Part shown: positions 29,179 through 41,564 of the stretch, piece by piece
Layout: every line of letters begins with the position of its first letter
Numbering within the stretch: the first letter of the stretch is position 1
Assembly (NCBI GenBank): GCA_019058445.1
Contig: JAHPZA010000009.1
Span: 96,001-160,000 of the forward strand
DNA: 64,000 nucleotides
From: Promethearchaeota archaeon
GTDB lineage: Archaea; Asgardarchaeota; Lokiarchaeia; Sigyniarchaeales; SOKP01
Reading direction: 5' to 3'
Notes under the pieces: model-generated
The model's input: only the letters and a program-made list of their open reading frames with translations
The model's database searches: none
What the model was told of the DNA's origin: nothing
Program-made: the position numbers and the translations under genes

Positions 29179-29673
29179 ATGGTGATAGAAATGTCCAATA
29201 ATAAAACCCTTGATTTAAGGAATTTGAAAATTGATCAACTGGGTTATGTGTATAAAGATATTGAAAAACAAGCTAAGATTATGGAAAATATGTCAGGAGT
29301 TTCCAAATTCGTTGTATTTGATCCCGTGGATGTGAAAGTTAATTATCGTGGAGTTAATAAAACTATTAAGATGAAAGCTGGATTTGGAACCTTATATGAT
29401 GATACTCAAATTGAACTTCTTCAACCTGTAGAAGGAGAATCTATCTATAATGAATTTCTCAATCAAGGGAGAGAAGGATTTCATCATATTTTATATATAG
29501 TTGAAGATTTACAAGCAGTTATTAATAAATATAAGGAGGCGGGCGTAGAAGTTATTCAATCTGGTAAAGTTATGACCTCTTCGTATGCATATATGGGCAC
29601 TGAGGAATTTCTAGGTATAATCGTTGAATTTGCTCAAGAAGGAAGAAGGAGCAGAAGGAAAAAAAAGGAATAA
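29179..29673 (+). CDS. VOC (glyoxalase / methylmalonyl-CoA epimerase-like) protein
   Basis: QLGYVYKDIE, QIELLQP..G.SIY.EFL...REGFHHI and IVEF motifs. Confidence 0.85.
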   Translation: MVIEMSNNKTLDLRNLKIDQLGYVYKDIEKQAKIMENMSGVSKFVVFDPVDVKVNYRGVNKTIKMKAGFGTLYDDTQIELLQPVEGESIYNEFLNQGREGFHHILYIVEDLQAVINKYKEAGVEVIQSGKVMTSSYAYMGTEEFLGIIVEFAQEGRRSRRKKKE

Positions 29674-29758
29674 TTATATTACAAAAATTTTTATAATGAT
29701 TAAGTAATTCCAAAAATGATTTAGTTTATTAGAAAAATCAATTAGTGGCGAAAAAATT

Positions 29759-30229
29759 ATGAAAAAACGATTGAATATTGATATTAGTAATTTAAAAATC
29801 GCACAGTATGGTTATGTTTTTAAGGATGTTGAGAAACAGGCCGAAATAATGGAATCTATATACGGGATTCCTAAATTTGCAGTGTTAATAGATGAAGATT
29901 ATCCCATAGAATATCGGGGAAAAGAATCAAAAATCTCAACTAAGATTGCCATAAGTCGATTTTTTAACACTCAAATTGAACTTATTGAATTAATTAAAGG
30001 AAATTGTATATATAAGGAGTTTTTAGAGGCAGGGAAGGAAGGTTTTCAGCATGTTAGCTTCTTTATCGAGAATTTAGACTCATATATTGATACATTTAAA
30101 AAAAGCGGTTTTGAAGTCATACACTACGGTCAAATAGGGAAACAAAGATTTGCTTACTTTGATACTGAAGAGACTTTTGGACTTCTTTTAGAATTTCAAG
30201 AGACTGTAAAAAGAAAAAGAAAGAAATAA
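29759..30229 (+). CDS. VOC (glyoxalase / methylmalonyl-CoA epimerase-like) protein, tandem paralogue
   Basis: QYGYVFKDVE, QIELIE, EGFQHVSF and FAYFDT...LLEF motifs. Confidence 0.85.
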   Translation: MKKRLNIDISNLKIAQYGYVFKDVEKQAEIMESIYGIPKFAVLIDEDYPIEYRGKESKISTKIAISRFFNTQIELIELIKGNCIYKEFLEAGKEGFQHVSFFIENLDSYIDTFKKSGFEVIHYGQIGKQRFAYFDTEETFGLLLEFQETVKRKRKK

Positions 30230-30301
30230 TCAATTGAATATTATCTTCGTTCATTTGAAGTTATTTTTTCTAAAATCCTTTCCTTCAAATCTTTTTCATT
30301 T

Positions 30302-31639
30302 TTAAGATGAGATACTTAAATTTTTGAAAGCGATATATGGAAATAGCGAATTTAAAGAAAATTCACGTTCCTTAGAGATAAATTGACTATTTTTTATCAT
30401 TTCTAATACATTTCCGCTTATATTTCCTCCTTTTATTGGATACTCAATTTGACCATTTTTAATGAAATAGCCATTTCTAATTTCTGTTCCAAAAGAACCT
30501 GAAAATCTATCAGGATTTAACCAAGAACATTTTTCAATTAGATAACCATCTTTTATGCTCGTAATTATTTCTTCTTTAGCGATATCACCTGGTAAAATCT
30601 CGAGATTAGAAATGGAATTTATCACTGAACCATCATCGATTCTAATACCATTACCTGTAGATTCTGTATTTCCCATAATTGCAAACTTTTGATCATAGAG
30701 GCGATTTTTAAAAATCCCATTCTTGATAACTTCAATTAGCTTATGCGGATTTCCTTCTCCATCCCATGAATTACACCTCAATCCCCCTTCAAGTAATCCA
30801 TCATCACGTAAGCTAAAAGTATCTGAAGCAACTTTAGCATCAACATTTAGAGCAGAAATTTTCTCATGATATGCTTTTCCTAATGCATGAAATCCAATAA
30901 CTGGATTAATCGCATTTTTTAGCACATTTGGTGGAAAAATTACGATTGCTTGTCTATTTGGTTTTGGGATTTTTGCTTTTAATGTATCTACAGCAATCCT
31001 TGCCCATTTATTTACACGCCTTTCAATATTTAATTCTTCTTTTTCTTTAATATATTCAATTTCCCATGCTTCAGATAATTTGCCATTACTCTGAGCCTTC
31101 AATGCCATTTCAATATAAAAAAAGGTTTTTGATGCTTCTAAATTCAAACCAGTACTATTTTTAAGAGTTTTATTTTGAATATGAATTCTAAATCGGCTAA
31201 ATGTTGGAGTAATTTCCTTGTGTTCACTAATTTCTTCTAAAATCTTCTCACTCATATCGCTTTTAAAACCAATAGGGTCTTTTACAATGCTTTGATCTGC
31301 GGTTTTAATTGGTTTTTGAGGTTTTTGTTCTGGAAAATTATATTTTGAGCCACTATTTTCTTTTGATAATAACTGACAGATCTCAATATTTTTTTCGATT
31401 TGTGGTAAACTCAGTGAATTTCCTTTTACGATTCCAATACCCGTTTCATCCCCTTTCTGAGTTAGAATTCTAACAACGTACTCTATGTCCTTAACTTCTC
31501 TTACAGTATCAATTTTATATTTCAAGAATTCCGTTTCATAGATATCTTGTTCAACAAAAAAAATCTCGTATTCTCGAATTTTTTTTGATTTCAAACTTTT
31601 TTCAATTACCTCAATAGCTTCTACACTCACTTTTTTCAC
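30302..31639 (-). CDS. pmbA: TldE/PmbA subunit
   Basis: DGEG, NG.FKN.LYD, STGNG and GSFG...GY.I.NG motifs; no HExxxH; overlaps tldD by 4 nt. Confidence 0.85.
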   Translation of the reverse strand: MKKVSVEAIEVIEKSLKSKKIREYEIFFVEQDIYETEFLKYKIDTVREVKDIEYVVRILTQKGDETGIGIVKGNSLSLPQIEKNIEICQLLSKENSGSKYNFPEQKPQKPIKTADQSIVKDPIGFKSDMSEKILEEISEHKEITPTFSRFRIHIQNKTLKNSTGLNLEASKTFFYIEMALKAQSNGKLSEAWEIEYIKEKEELNIERRVNKWARIAVDTLKAKIPKPNRQAIVIFPPNVLKNAINPVIGFHALGKAYHEKISALNVDAKVASDTFSLRDDGLLEGGLRCNSWDGEGNPHKLIEVIKNGIFKNRLYDQKFAIMGNTESTGNGIRIDDGSVINSISNLEILPGDIAKEEIITSIKDGYLIEKCSWLNPDRFSGSFGTEIRNGYFIKNGQIEYPIKGGNISGNVLEMIKNSQFISKEREFSLNSLFPYIAFKNLSISS

Positions 31640-33018
31640 CCCGGGCTTATTAAGGCACTTTTAGTTCTTACATAACTTCCCCCTGATGTAACAGGAACAA
31701 AATCTTCTTCTCCTTTTCCGCAGGTACCCGGACGTAACATTAATTCATCGTCACTAACAGCATCGATATTCTGTAATAGCTGTAATACTGAACCGCTTAA
31801 AGTAATAGTCTTGAGTAGTTTTGTTTTTTCCCCGTTTTCTATTAAATACCCCTTCTTAGATGAAATCTGCATTCCGCCCCCTAATACATCTTCCATTCCG
31901 AAATATCCACGGATTAGCATTACTCCATGTTGTATTTCAGAAATCATTTCTTCGATCTTATAATCACCCGGTTCAAAATAAGTATTTGTCATTCTGACGA
32001 ATACTGGATGTGCAAAAGTTTCCCGACGTCCATTTCCCTTTGGCACAGAATTTAAGATCGAAGCTGTTCTCCGATTATGAATAAAATTCTTTAAGATTCC
32101 ATTTTTAACTAAGATATTTTTCCCTGCTTTGATGCCTTCATCATCAAAGAAATGCGATCCATACTGGCCTTCAATATTGGGAGCATCACATATCACACAG
32201 ATCTCAGAAGCTACTTTTTTGCCCAAACGTTCTTTTAAGTAACTTCTGTCCCGTAGCACTTGATCGGCTTCCAGACCATGACCAAAACTTTCATGTGCGA
32301 TTAAGCCACTCATATCTGGACCCAGTATAATTGGAAGTTTCCCAGATGGTGGACTGTCAGCAGTAAGCATATCTAATGAATTCTGGATTATTTGATCCAA
32401 ATTTTTATTGGAGACCTCATCAACAAGCTCATAACCTTGTTCGGCACCAATTGAAAAATAATCGAAATCAATCTTAGAACCTTCTTTAGCAACAGGTTGG
32501 ATAAATAATCTAATCCGTGGCAGCACTTGTCGTAATTGACAACCCTCATTATTTACAAATATGCGCGTTATTAAACCCTCGCCATAACCTATAATTGGAT
32601 TTATGATTCTTTTATCAAAATTTTTTATGTAATCAAAAAGCTCTCTGATTTTTTTGATTTTATCATTAATAGGAATTTTAGAGGGATCGACTTTTGTTTT
32701 GATCTCTTTATCTATTTTCCATCCATCATATTCTGTTATTGCATCTCCATTATTTTTTCTAGCTGGAAGTTTTTTGGGAATGTTTTTTAAGTCTATCTCA
32801 TCCTGGATTGCTACTTCATGCCAAGAATCTAATAGAGTCCTGGCTACGACTCCAGTTTTTTTGGAATTTACGGAAATAGATTCTTCAGAACGAGATTTTG
32901 TTATTCTTAAGATTGAAGTTGCATCATATAATATATCAAAATACTGATTGGATCGTTTAAAATTATTAGAAATTTCTTCAAATATTGATATAATTTCATC
33001 ATCAGATTTGTCTATCAT
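31636..33018 (-). CDS. tldD: TldD metalloprotease subunit
   Basis: HESFGHGLEAD zinc motif, FDDEG, RMTNT and CGKG. Confidence 0.92.
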   Translation of the reverse strand: MIDKSDDEIISIFEEISNNFKRSNQYFDILYDATSILRITKSRSEESISVNSKKTGVVARTLLDSWHEVAIQDEIDLKNIPKKLPARKNNGDAITEYDGWKIDKEIKTKVDPSKIPINDKIKKIRELFDYIKNFDKRIINPIIGYGEGLITRIFVNNEGCQLRQVLPRIRLFIQPVAKEGSKIDFDYFSIGAEQGYELVDEVSNKNLDQIIQNSLDMLTADSPPSGKLPIILGPDMSGLIAHESFGHGLEADQVLRDRSYLKERLGKKVASEICVICDAPNIEGQYGSHFFDDEGIKAGKNILVKNGILKNFIHNRRTASILNSVPKGNGRRETFAHPVFVRMTNTYFEPGDYKIEEMISEIQHGVMLIRGYFGMEDVLGGGMQISSKKGYLIENGEKTKLLKTITLSGSVLQLLQNIDAVSDDELMLRPGTCGKGEEDFVPVTSGGSYVRTKSALISPG

Positions 33019-33099
33019 AATAACATCAAAGTTCGTGAACTTTTTTATTAAATATTTCTATAGTTAAGAATATTTTTGTAATTAAGGTTGCAGTTTTAT

Positions 33100-34545
33100 T
33101 TATTCAATATCCAGAATATCTTTAATCAATTGTTTTTTCTTTTCCAAGTTAGCTTGACGAGCTATCATAATTCTTTGTGCTTGTGGCGAACCTGCTCCAT
33201 GCATAGATTCAACCTTGTAACTAACAGCAGCTACCCCCATGCTTAAGTTTTCGATGAATCTTAATAATTTATATCTATTCTCAATTGAAATCCCTTCACA
33301 TGTAGCTAGATATTTTTTTAAAAGCGGCCCAACTTCTTCAGACTTAAGATCTGTTTCAGATGGGAGAGTACATATGATACCTCCGACAAGATCATCTGCT
33401 AGTCGTGCAATCTCGTAAGGAAAACGAGTAACATTTTGCTTGCATACGTTTGCCAATAACATGTCCATTTCATAATTTCCTGCATCTCTTTGAAATCCTT
33501 CAGAACTACATGCAATTCCACAACAATACAGAGATTCATTTAAATGAATCATTTCTACTAATTTGTCTTTAATATGGGAAGTATTATTGACACCATGATA
33601 TTCCGTAATGAGTGCGGTTGCCCCGATCAATACATCTCCTACACCTACTTTACAGCCACCATAACTTTGCCTGTGGAATCCCGCAAATCTATTAACTAAA
33701 TCACCTGCGAATTTAACCTCTCCCCTCATAAACACATCTTCATTAGGGATAAACACATCATCAAAAATAACGAATATTTCCTGACCACCATATTTATAAT
33801 TTCCAACCTCAAATTTGTTTTGCTCCATTTTGCGAGTGTCACTGGCTTGTCGTCCGTATATCATTATTATTCCCTTTGCATCAATATCAACTCCAAAGCT
33901 TACAGCGTATTCTTCTTCCCCAGGGCGTAATGATAGCGTCGGCATGATAATTGCGCGATGTGAATTTACCCAACCAGTCTGATGGACTTTGGCACCTCTA
34001 ACGACAATTCCATCATCAGACTCATCAACTATATGTAAAAATTGATCTGGGTCGGTTTGTGCACTTGGTCTTTTTCCGCGGTCTCCTTTAGTATCAGTCA
34101 TCGCCCCATCGACCATTAGATCTTGATTTTGAACTTCAATCCAATAATTTTTAAATCTCTCGTGATAATTTGTATTAAATTCCTTATCCATCTCATAGGT
34201 TACAGAATATAATGCATTAGCGGCATCAAATCCTACACATCTTTGGAAACAGCATGCGACTTTCTGTCCTACCAGTCTTTGCATTTGAACTTTTTTTATT
34301 AAATCTTCGACTGATTGATGGATATGGGTAAATCGATTAATAGTGTTGCCAGTCAAATGAGATTTCGCTAACATTAAGTGCTGATATTCGGGAATTTGCG
34401 CTAACTCATAAATTTTCTTGACAGTGTTAATTGAAGGTTTTATGATGGGATGTTTCCAGAATTCCTTAACTCTTTCACCAAACATATAGAGATTGATATC
34501 TTTTTTAATGCTTGCTTCATATTCTTCTGGAGTTTTTATTGTCAT
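33100..34545 (-). CDS. abfD: 4-hydroxybutyryl-CoA dehydratase / vinylacetyl-CoA delta-isomerase
   Basis: CFQRC and HRQSYGGCK Fe-S ligands, TDTKGDR and ESMHGAGSPQAQ. Confidence 0.9.
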   Translation of the reverse strand: MTIKTPEEYEASIKKDINLYMFGERVKEFWKHPIIKPSINTVKKIYELAQIPEYQHLMLAKSHLTGNTINRFTHIHQSVEDLIKKVQMQRLVGQKVACCFQRCVGFDAANALYSVTYEMDKEFNTNYHERFKNYWIEVQNQDLMVDGAMTDTKGDRGKRPSAQTDPDQFLHIVDESDDGIVVRGAKVHQTGWVNSHRAIIMPTLSLRPGEEEYAVSFGVDIDAKGIIMIYGRQASDTRKMEQNKFEVGNYKYGGQEIFVIFDDVFIPNEDVFMRGEVKFAGDLVNRFAGFHRQSYGGCKVGVGDVLIGATALITEYHGVNNTSHIKDKLVEMIHLNESLYCCGIACSSEGFQRDAGNYEMDMLLANVCKQNVTRFPYEIARLADDLVGGIICTLPSETDLKSEEVGPLLKKYLATCEGISIENRYKLLRFIENLSMGVAAVSYKVESMHGAGSPQAQRIMIARQANLEKKKQLIKDILDIE

Positions 34546-34676
34546 TTTCTTAAATCACTCTTTTTTTTTTAATCATAATTTAATTTCCTATATTAAGTTG
34601 GTTTTTATGGAAGGTAGTAACGAATTAGAGAATAGATGAAATTTAAAAGAAGCCAAGCTATTATTTGTTTTTTGGG

Positions 34677-35585
34677 CTAGATTGAGATTATTTTCTTTTC
34701 AGATCTTTGTTTTTCAGGGTTCTCTTCTAAAGCACTTATTCTTTTTTCTAACACAGTGCTGGTCTCGATTAGATTAGAAATTTTGTTATTGATTTCTTTA
34801 ATTTCATTTTGAAGACCCCCTAATTGATTTAGGAGCCACCCTAAAACATCTTGCTTTTTAACAGGTTTTAAAAACCAATTGAAAATATTTACTATAAATT
34901 TGCGGTTATCTAAACGATTTAAACCTATGTTTAAATCATTCGAAAAAATGTCTATATCCCCTAATGCGACCAGCTTTCCGCGTCCGTATTCAGTAGAAGC
35001 TGCCATGATTTGTTGTTGATGGTCTTCTTCTTTTGACCACTTATTTTCTAAATCGTTATAGACTTCTGTCCAAGATTCCTTTGAGAAAAATAATGGTTCT
35101 GCATTTTTATTAATTAATAGAGAACAACTTCCTCCAAGGATAATATCTCTTAATTGAGTAGTTGCTAAATGATCTTTGAAATCTTGAATTGTAAGTATAG
35201 TATCACAATTTTGATTAATTTTGTTTGATTTTTTAACGATATTTTTCTGGAAAGAGATACCAAAATATTTCCTTGAGATATCATTGAGGTTAGTTTTTTG
35301 TAGATAGTCTGCTCCATATTCACTAATTAATAGGAGATTGCCTCCCTCTCTTACAAAATCAACAATGCTTTTGATTTCTATACTTGAAAAATAATTATCA
35401 ATTGGATTTCCAATTATGAGGATGTCTATATTTTGTAATTGTTTTTCTGTAATATTTTTGTTTTCATTAATTTTTATTTTCAGATTTAGAGATTTCATTA
35501 ACTCAAAAAAGTCAGAAAACTCTTCTTCTTGAATATTTAGCATTTCATTATGACTAAGATCAAGTAGCACTGTTTTTTTAGGCAT
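34677..35585 (-). CDS. GIFT (IFT52/GldG-like) domain protein with C-terminal coiled coil
   Basis: VLLDLSHNE, DILIIGNP...FS..EI..I.DFV..GG.LL, NLN, G.G.L.ALGD.DIF and N..F..N...W; heptad-rich tail. Confidence 0.7.
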   Translation of the reverse strand: MPKKTVLLDLSHNEMLNIQEEEFSDFFELMKSLNLKIKINENKNITEKQLQNIDILIIGNPIDNYFSSIEIKSIVDFVREGGNLLLISEYGADYLQKTNLNDISRKYFGISFQKNIVKKSNKINQNCDTILTIQDFKDHLATTQLRDIILGGSCSLLINKNAEPLFFSKESWTEVYNDLENKWSKEEDHQQQIMAASTEYGRGKLVALGDIDIFSNDLNIGLNRLDNRKFIVNIFNWFLKPVKKQDVLGWLLNQLGGLQNEIKEINNKISNLIETSTVLEKRISALEENPEKQRSEKKIISI

Positions 35586-35812
35586 TGTTCCCCAAAAATT
35601 AAATTTTGTTCATAAAAAAGGTCTAAAGCTCTAAAGTAAATTCACCTATAAAAATCATTCTATGTCATCATCTAATACTAAAAAATTTTATAAATTTTAA
35701 AGAATATTCAATGTTGGAACATTTTTTTGATATAAATATCAAATAATTATTGCCTATCAAAAAGTAATAGTAATTTTAAAACTAAAAAATATCTTAATTT
35801 GATGGATTGTAA

Positions 35813-38115
<2,303 letters not shown>

Positions 38116-38297
38116 ATTTTACACCTTAATTTGTCAAGAATTTATAAAAAAAAAAATTTTACTTACCAACCTAATATCTTAGTAAACATCAAGAGTGGTA
38201 CGATTATAAATAAAAGACGAATAAATTAAATAGTAATCTAAAGATTAAATTGTCATATCAAATCTCAATAAAATAATGTAATAATAGGTTGGAAAAG

Positions 38298-38693
38298 TTG
38301 ATAAATATCTTGGCTATTATTGTAATAGCAGTAATATATTGGATTTTGAGAGCATTATGGTATTCGAAAGTGCTCTTCTGAAATCTATGGATGGAATCAA
38401 TTGGAAAAACAGAAGATCAATTAGAGATGAAAGCTTCTAGTTTCATTGGAACTGCTATAATCTCGTTTATTATACCACTCTTCTTTGCTATATTATTAGA
38501 ACTTATTGGAACCATAAATCTGGTTAATGGAATTTTAGTAGCCTTAATAGTTTGGGTTGGATTTGATGTTAGTATTGGATTATACGACGTTTTATATTTG
38601 GAAAAGAACATTAAAACGTATTTAATAGATAGTCTATATCATTTAGCGGGATTTTTAATCGCAGGAATTATATTAGGTCTTTGGGTCTTATAA
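38298..38693 (+). pseudogene. DUF1761-family membrane protein interrupted by an in-frame TGA (38379-38381)
   Basis: TTG 38298 reads MINILAII...LRALWYSKVLF*NLWMESIG. This matches the DUF1761 N-terminus (LGALWYS..LFG..WM) with the stop at the conserved Gly. Confidence 0.72.
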
Positions 38694-38894
38694 TGAATCT
38701 TTATTTTTTCTTTTTTTTTTAATAATTTCATAAGGTTTATAATTTCAAAGTATATTTCCCTTTTCAATTTTGAGGATCAATCAAGTTACTATGAAATATC
38801 TTTAATTTATAAAGAAATAACTAAAAAATATTCTCAGACTTTTTCTAAATATGTCCAATTTAATAAAAATTTAAGAATAAAAGATAGAAAAAAA

Positions 38895-39545
38895 ATGCAT
38901 CCATTATATAATGAATTCTTAGAATATATAGATAAAGAAGATAAGGAGAAATGTGTAGAATTCGTCCTTAGTAAGCTTGACAATAAAGAAATTGACGTTC
39001 CGACGCTTTATAAAGAAATTCTGGAACCTAGTTTAAATAAGTTTTACTGTGACGCAGAAGAAGAGAACCTTTGTATATGGAAGGAGCATGTAAGATCGTC
39101 GATAATTAGAACCATAATAGAATTATGCTATCCCTATATTCTTAAGGAGAGGAGGGAAAGAGGCATTAAGAACTTAAATAAAAAAGTATTCATTGGCTGC
39201 CCTGCCGAAGAATATCATGAAATTGGAGCTAGAATGATTGCAGATATTTTCACATTAAATGGGTATGAAGCAATTTTTGTAGGAGCAAATACACCAAAAG
39301 AAGAGATCAGAGACGCGATTAATACTTTACAACCGATTTATATCGGAATGTGTGTGACTAATTATTTTACACTTATTGAAGCTGAAAAAGCAATTTCACT
39401 AATAAAAGAACACACAGAGTTTACAGGTAAAATTATAGTAGGTGGACAGGCATTTCTATCCAATCCTGATAATTATAAAAAAATCGGGGCAGATATTTTG
39501 ATTCAAAATTACGGAGATATTGAAAAATTGGCTAAAGAGGGATAA
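38895..39545 (+). CDS. Stand-alone cobalamin (B12)-binding domain protein
   Basis: Helical cap with WKEH, EYHEIG (D/ExHxxG), FVGANTP, IVGG and GAD motifs. Confidence 0.85.
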   Translation: MHPLYNEFLEYIDKEDKEKCVEFVLSKLDNKEIDVPTLYKEILEPSLNKFYCDAEEENLCIWKEHVRSSIIRTIIELCYPYILKERRERGIKNLNKKVFIGCPAEEYHEIGARMIADIFTLNGYEAIFVGANTPKEEIRDAINTLQPIYIGMCVTNYFTLIEAEKAISLIKEHTEFTGKIIVGGQAFLSNPDNYKKIGADILIQNYGDIEKLAKEG

Positions 39546-39549
39546 AAAA

Positions 39550-40728
39550 ATGAGCTTACCATTAAGAATTGCGTTAAGATTTTTAAAGAGAGGTAAATGG
39601 CAAACACTTCTAATAATATTAGGCATATCAATAGGCGTTTCAGTACAAATTTTTGTTGGTATTCTGCTGAATAGTTTACAATCAAGCTTATTAAACAATT
39701 TTATTGGAAATTCCTCTCAAATTACAATCGTCTCAGATACCGATGATCCTCTTATTGATGATTATGAGGATATTGTTGAGGATCTCGAAGAGTTTGATGA
39801 ATTAACAGTAATTTCAGTAGCAAATGATCAAGTTGGCACAATAACCATTGGTACAGAATCTGAAAGTGTATTACTGCGAGGTTTTGAATTTGAAGACGCA
39901 GATAAAATTTATAACATAGCAGATAGAATATATGGTGGTGAGGAACCTGATGATGATTTTGAAGCTATTATTGGAAAAGATTTGAATGATGAATTGGAAC
40001 TTGATGAGGGAGATAAATTGACGATTTTCGGATTTATTACAGTTGGTAATAAAACTGTACCGGTGAATGGCACTTTTGAAATTGTCGGATTTTTTGATTT
40101 AGAGATCAGTTCCATAAACTCACAATGGGTAATAACAACATTAGATTCTGTTCAAATTATGTATAATACCAGTGATACTATTACCTCTATAGAAATGCAG
40201 GTTCCCGAAGAATTACTCTATGAAGCTGACGAAATTGCTGATGAGATAGATGACGAATTAGACTTAGAAGACGATGATCTAAAAATTACAAATTGGATAG
40301 ATGAAAATCAAAATTTATTGAATGGCCTTCAGAGCCAAAGTCTATCCAGTTATTTCATTCAATCTTTTGTATTGATATCAGTGGTGATTGGAATTGATTC
40401 TGTTTTAGCCATTTCTGTTATTCAAAAACAGCGCCAACTAGGTATCCTAAAAGCAATGGGAATAAACAATAGAACTGCAAGCTTAGTATTCATATTTCAA
40501 GGATTGTTTTTAGGGATTGGAGGAGCAATTGGAGGGATTAGCTTAGGTATCTTTCTTCTATGGGGTTTTACACAGGCATCAGCAAGTGATTTTATTATTA
40601 TTAATTACGATCCAATTTTCATATCAATCTCAGCAGCTATAATCATAATTTCTTCAGTGATCGCAGCACTTAGTCCAGCAATCAAATCATCGAAATTAGA
40701 TCCAATTGATATAATTAGAGGTGAATAA
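39550..40728 (+). CDS. MacB/LolC-E/FtsX-type ABC permease with very acidic extracellular domain
   Basis: 1+3 TM layout, RQLGILKAMG, PA..SS.LDPIDII. ATG 39550 after a GAGGG SD is preferred over 39520. Confidence 0.88.
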   Translation: MSLPLRIALRFLKRGKWQTLLIILGISIGVSVQIFVGILLNSLQSSLLNNFIGNSSQITIVSDTDDPLIDDYEDIVEDLEEFDELTVISVANDQVGTITIGTESESVLLRGFEFEDADKIYNIADRIYGGEEPDDDFEAIIGKDLNDELELDEGDKLTIFGFITVGNKTVPVNGTFEIVGFFDLEISSINSQWVITTLDSVQIMYNTSDTITSIEMQVPEELLYEADEIADEIDDELDLEDDDLKITNWIDENQNLLNGLQSQSLSSYFIQSFVLISVVIGIDSVLAISVIQKQRQLGILKAMGINNRTASLVFIFQGLFLGIGGAIGGISLGIFLLWGFTQASASDFIIINYDPIFISISAAIIIISSVIAALSPAIKSSKLDPIDIIRGE

Positions 40729-40730
40729 AT

Positions 40731-41474
40731 TTGTCGAAAAGCGCAGTGAAAATAAAAAATGAAGAGTCAATTAAGGAAAAAGAAGATTACGAATACATAG
40801 TTGACCTTAAACATATTGATAAGTTCTATTACACTGGAGTCGCAACTCAAGTATTATTTGATATTAATCTCCAATTTAAAGCGGGATCCGTTAATTCTAT
40901 AGTAGGTCCATCGGGCAGCGGTAAATCAACACTCATGAATATATTAGGCACCTTAGATAAACCCACAAAGGGAGAAGTATATATCGCTGGAAAAAGAACA
41001 GACCAGATGTCCAAAAATGAATTAGCAATATTAAGAAACCAAACAATAGGATTTGTCTTTCAATTTCATTATTTATTGCCTGAATATACCGCCTTAGAAA
41101 ATGTGTTAATGCCCTTCGAGATTAGTAGACAAAAAGTGACGAGTAAAGTAAAAGAAAAAGCAATAAATTTAATGAAATTCATAGGTATTGAAGATGTTAA
41201 GGACAATTTAGCTACTAAAATGAGCGGAGGTCAACAACAAAGAACAGCAATCGCTAGATCACTTATGAATAATCCAAAAATATTACTTGCTGATGAACCT
41301 ACGGGTAATTTAGATACAGAAGCAACTGATAAAGTATATAATTTATTTAGAGAGATAAATGAAAAATTTGGCACCACACTCATAGTTATAACCCATGAAC
41401 GAAGAATTGCTGAAAAAACAGACAGGATCATAGAAATTAGAGATGGTAAAATACACTTAGATTTATATAAATAA
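40731..41474 (+). CDS. LolD/MacB-type ABC ATPase
   Basis: GPSGSGKST, GFVFQFHYL, MSGGQQQR and ADEPTGNLD motifs. Confidence 0.93.
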   Translation: MSKSAVKIKNEESIKEKEDYEYIVDLKHIDKFYYTGVATQVLFDINLQFKAGSVNSIVGPSGSGKSTLMNILGTLDKPTKGEVYIAGKRTDQMSKNELAILRNQTIGFVFQFHYLLPEYTALENVLMPFEISRQKVTSKVKEKAINLMKFIGIEDVKDNLATKMSGGQQQRTAIARSLMNNPKILLADEPTGNLDTEATDKVYNLFREINEKFGTTLIVITHERRIAEKTDRIIEIRDGKIHLDLYK

Positions 41475-41564
41475 ATATAATCATTTTTTTTAATTTTAAC
41501 TTAAAGAAAGAATATTTCGAGAATTCTTGTAAAAATAGAATGAAAAAAAAGGAAAAAAATTAAT

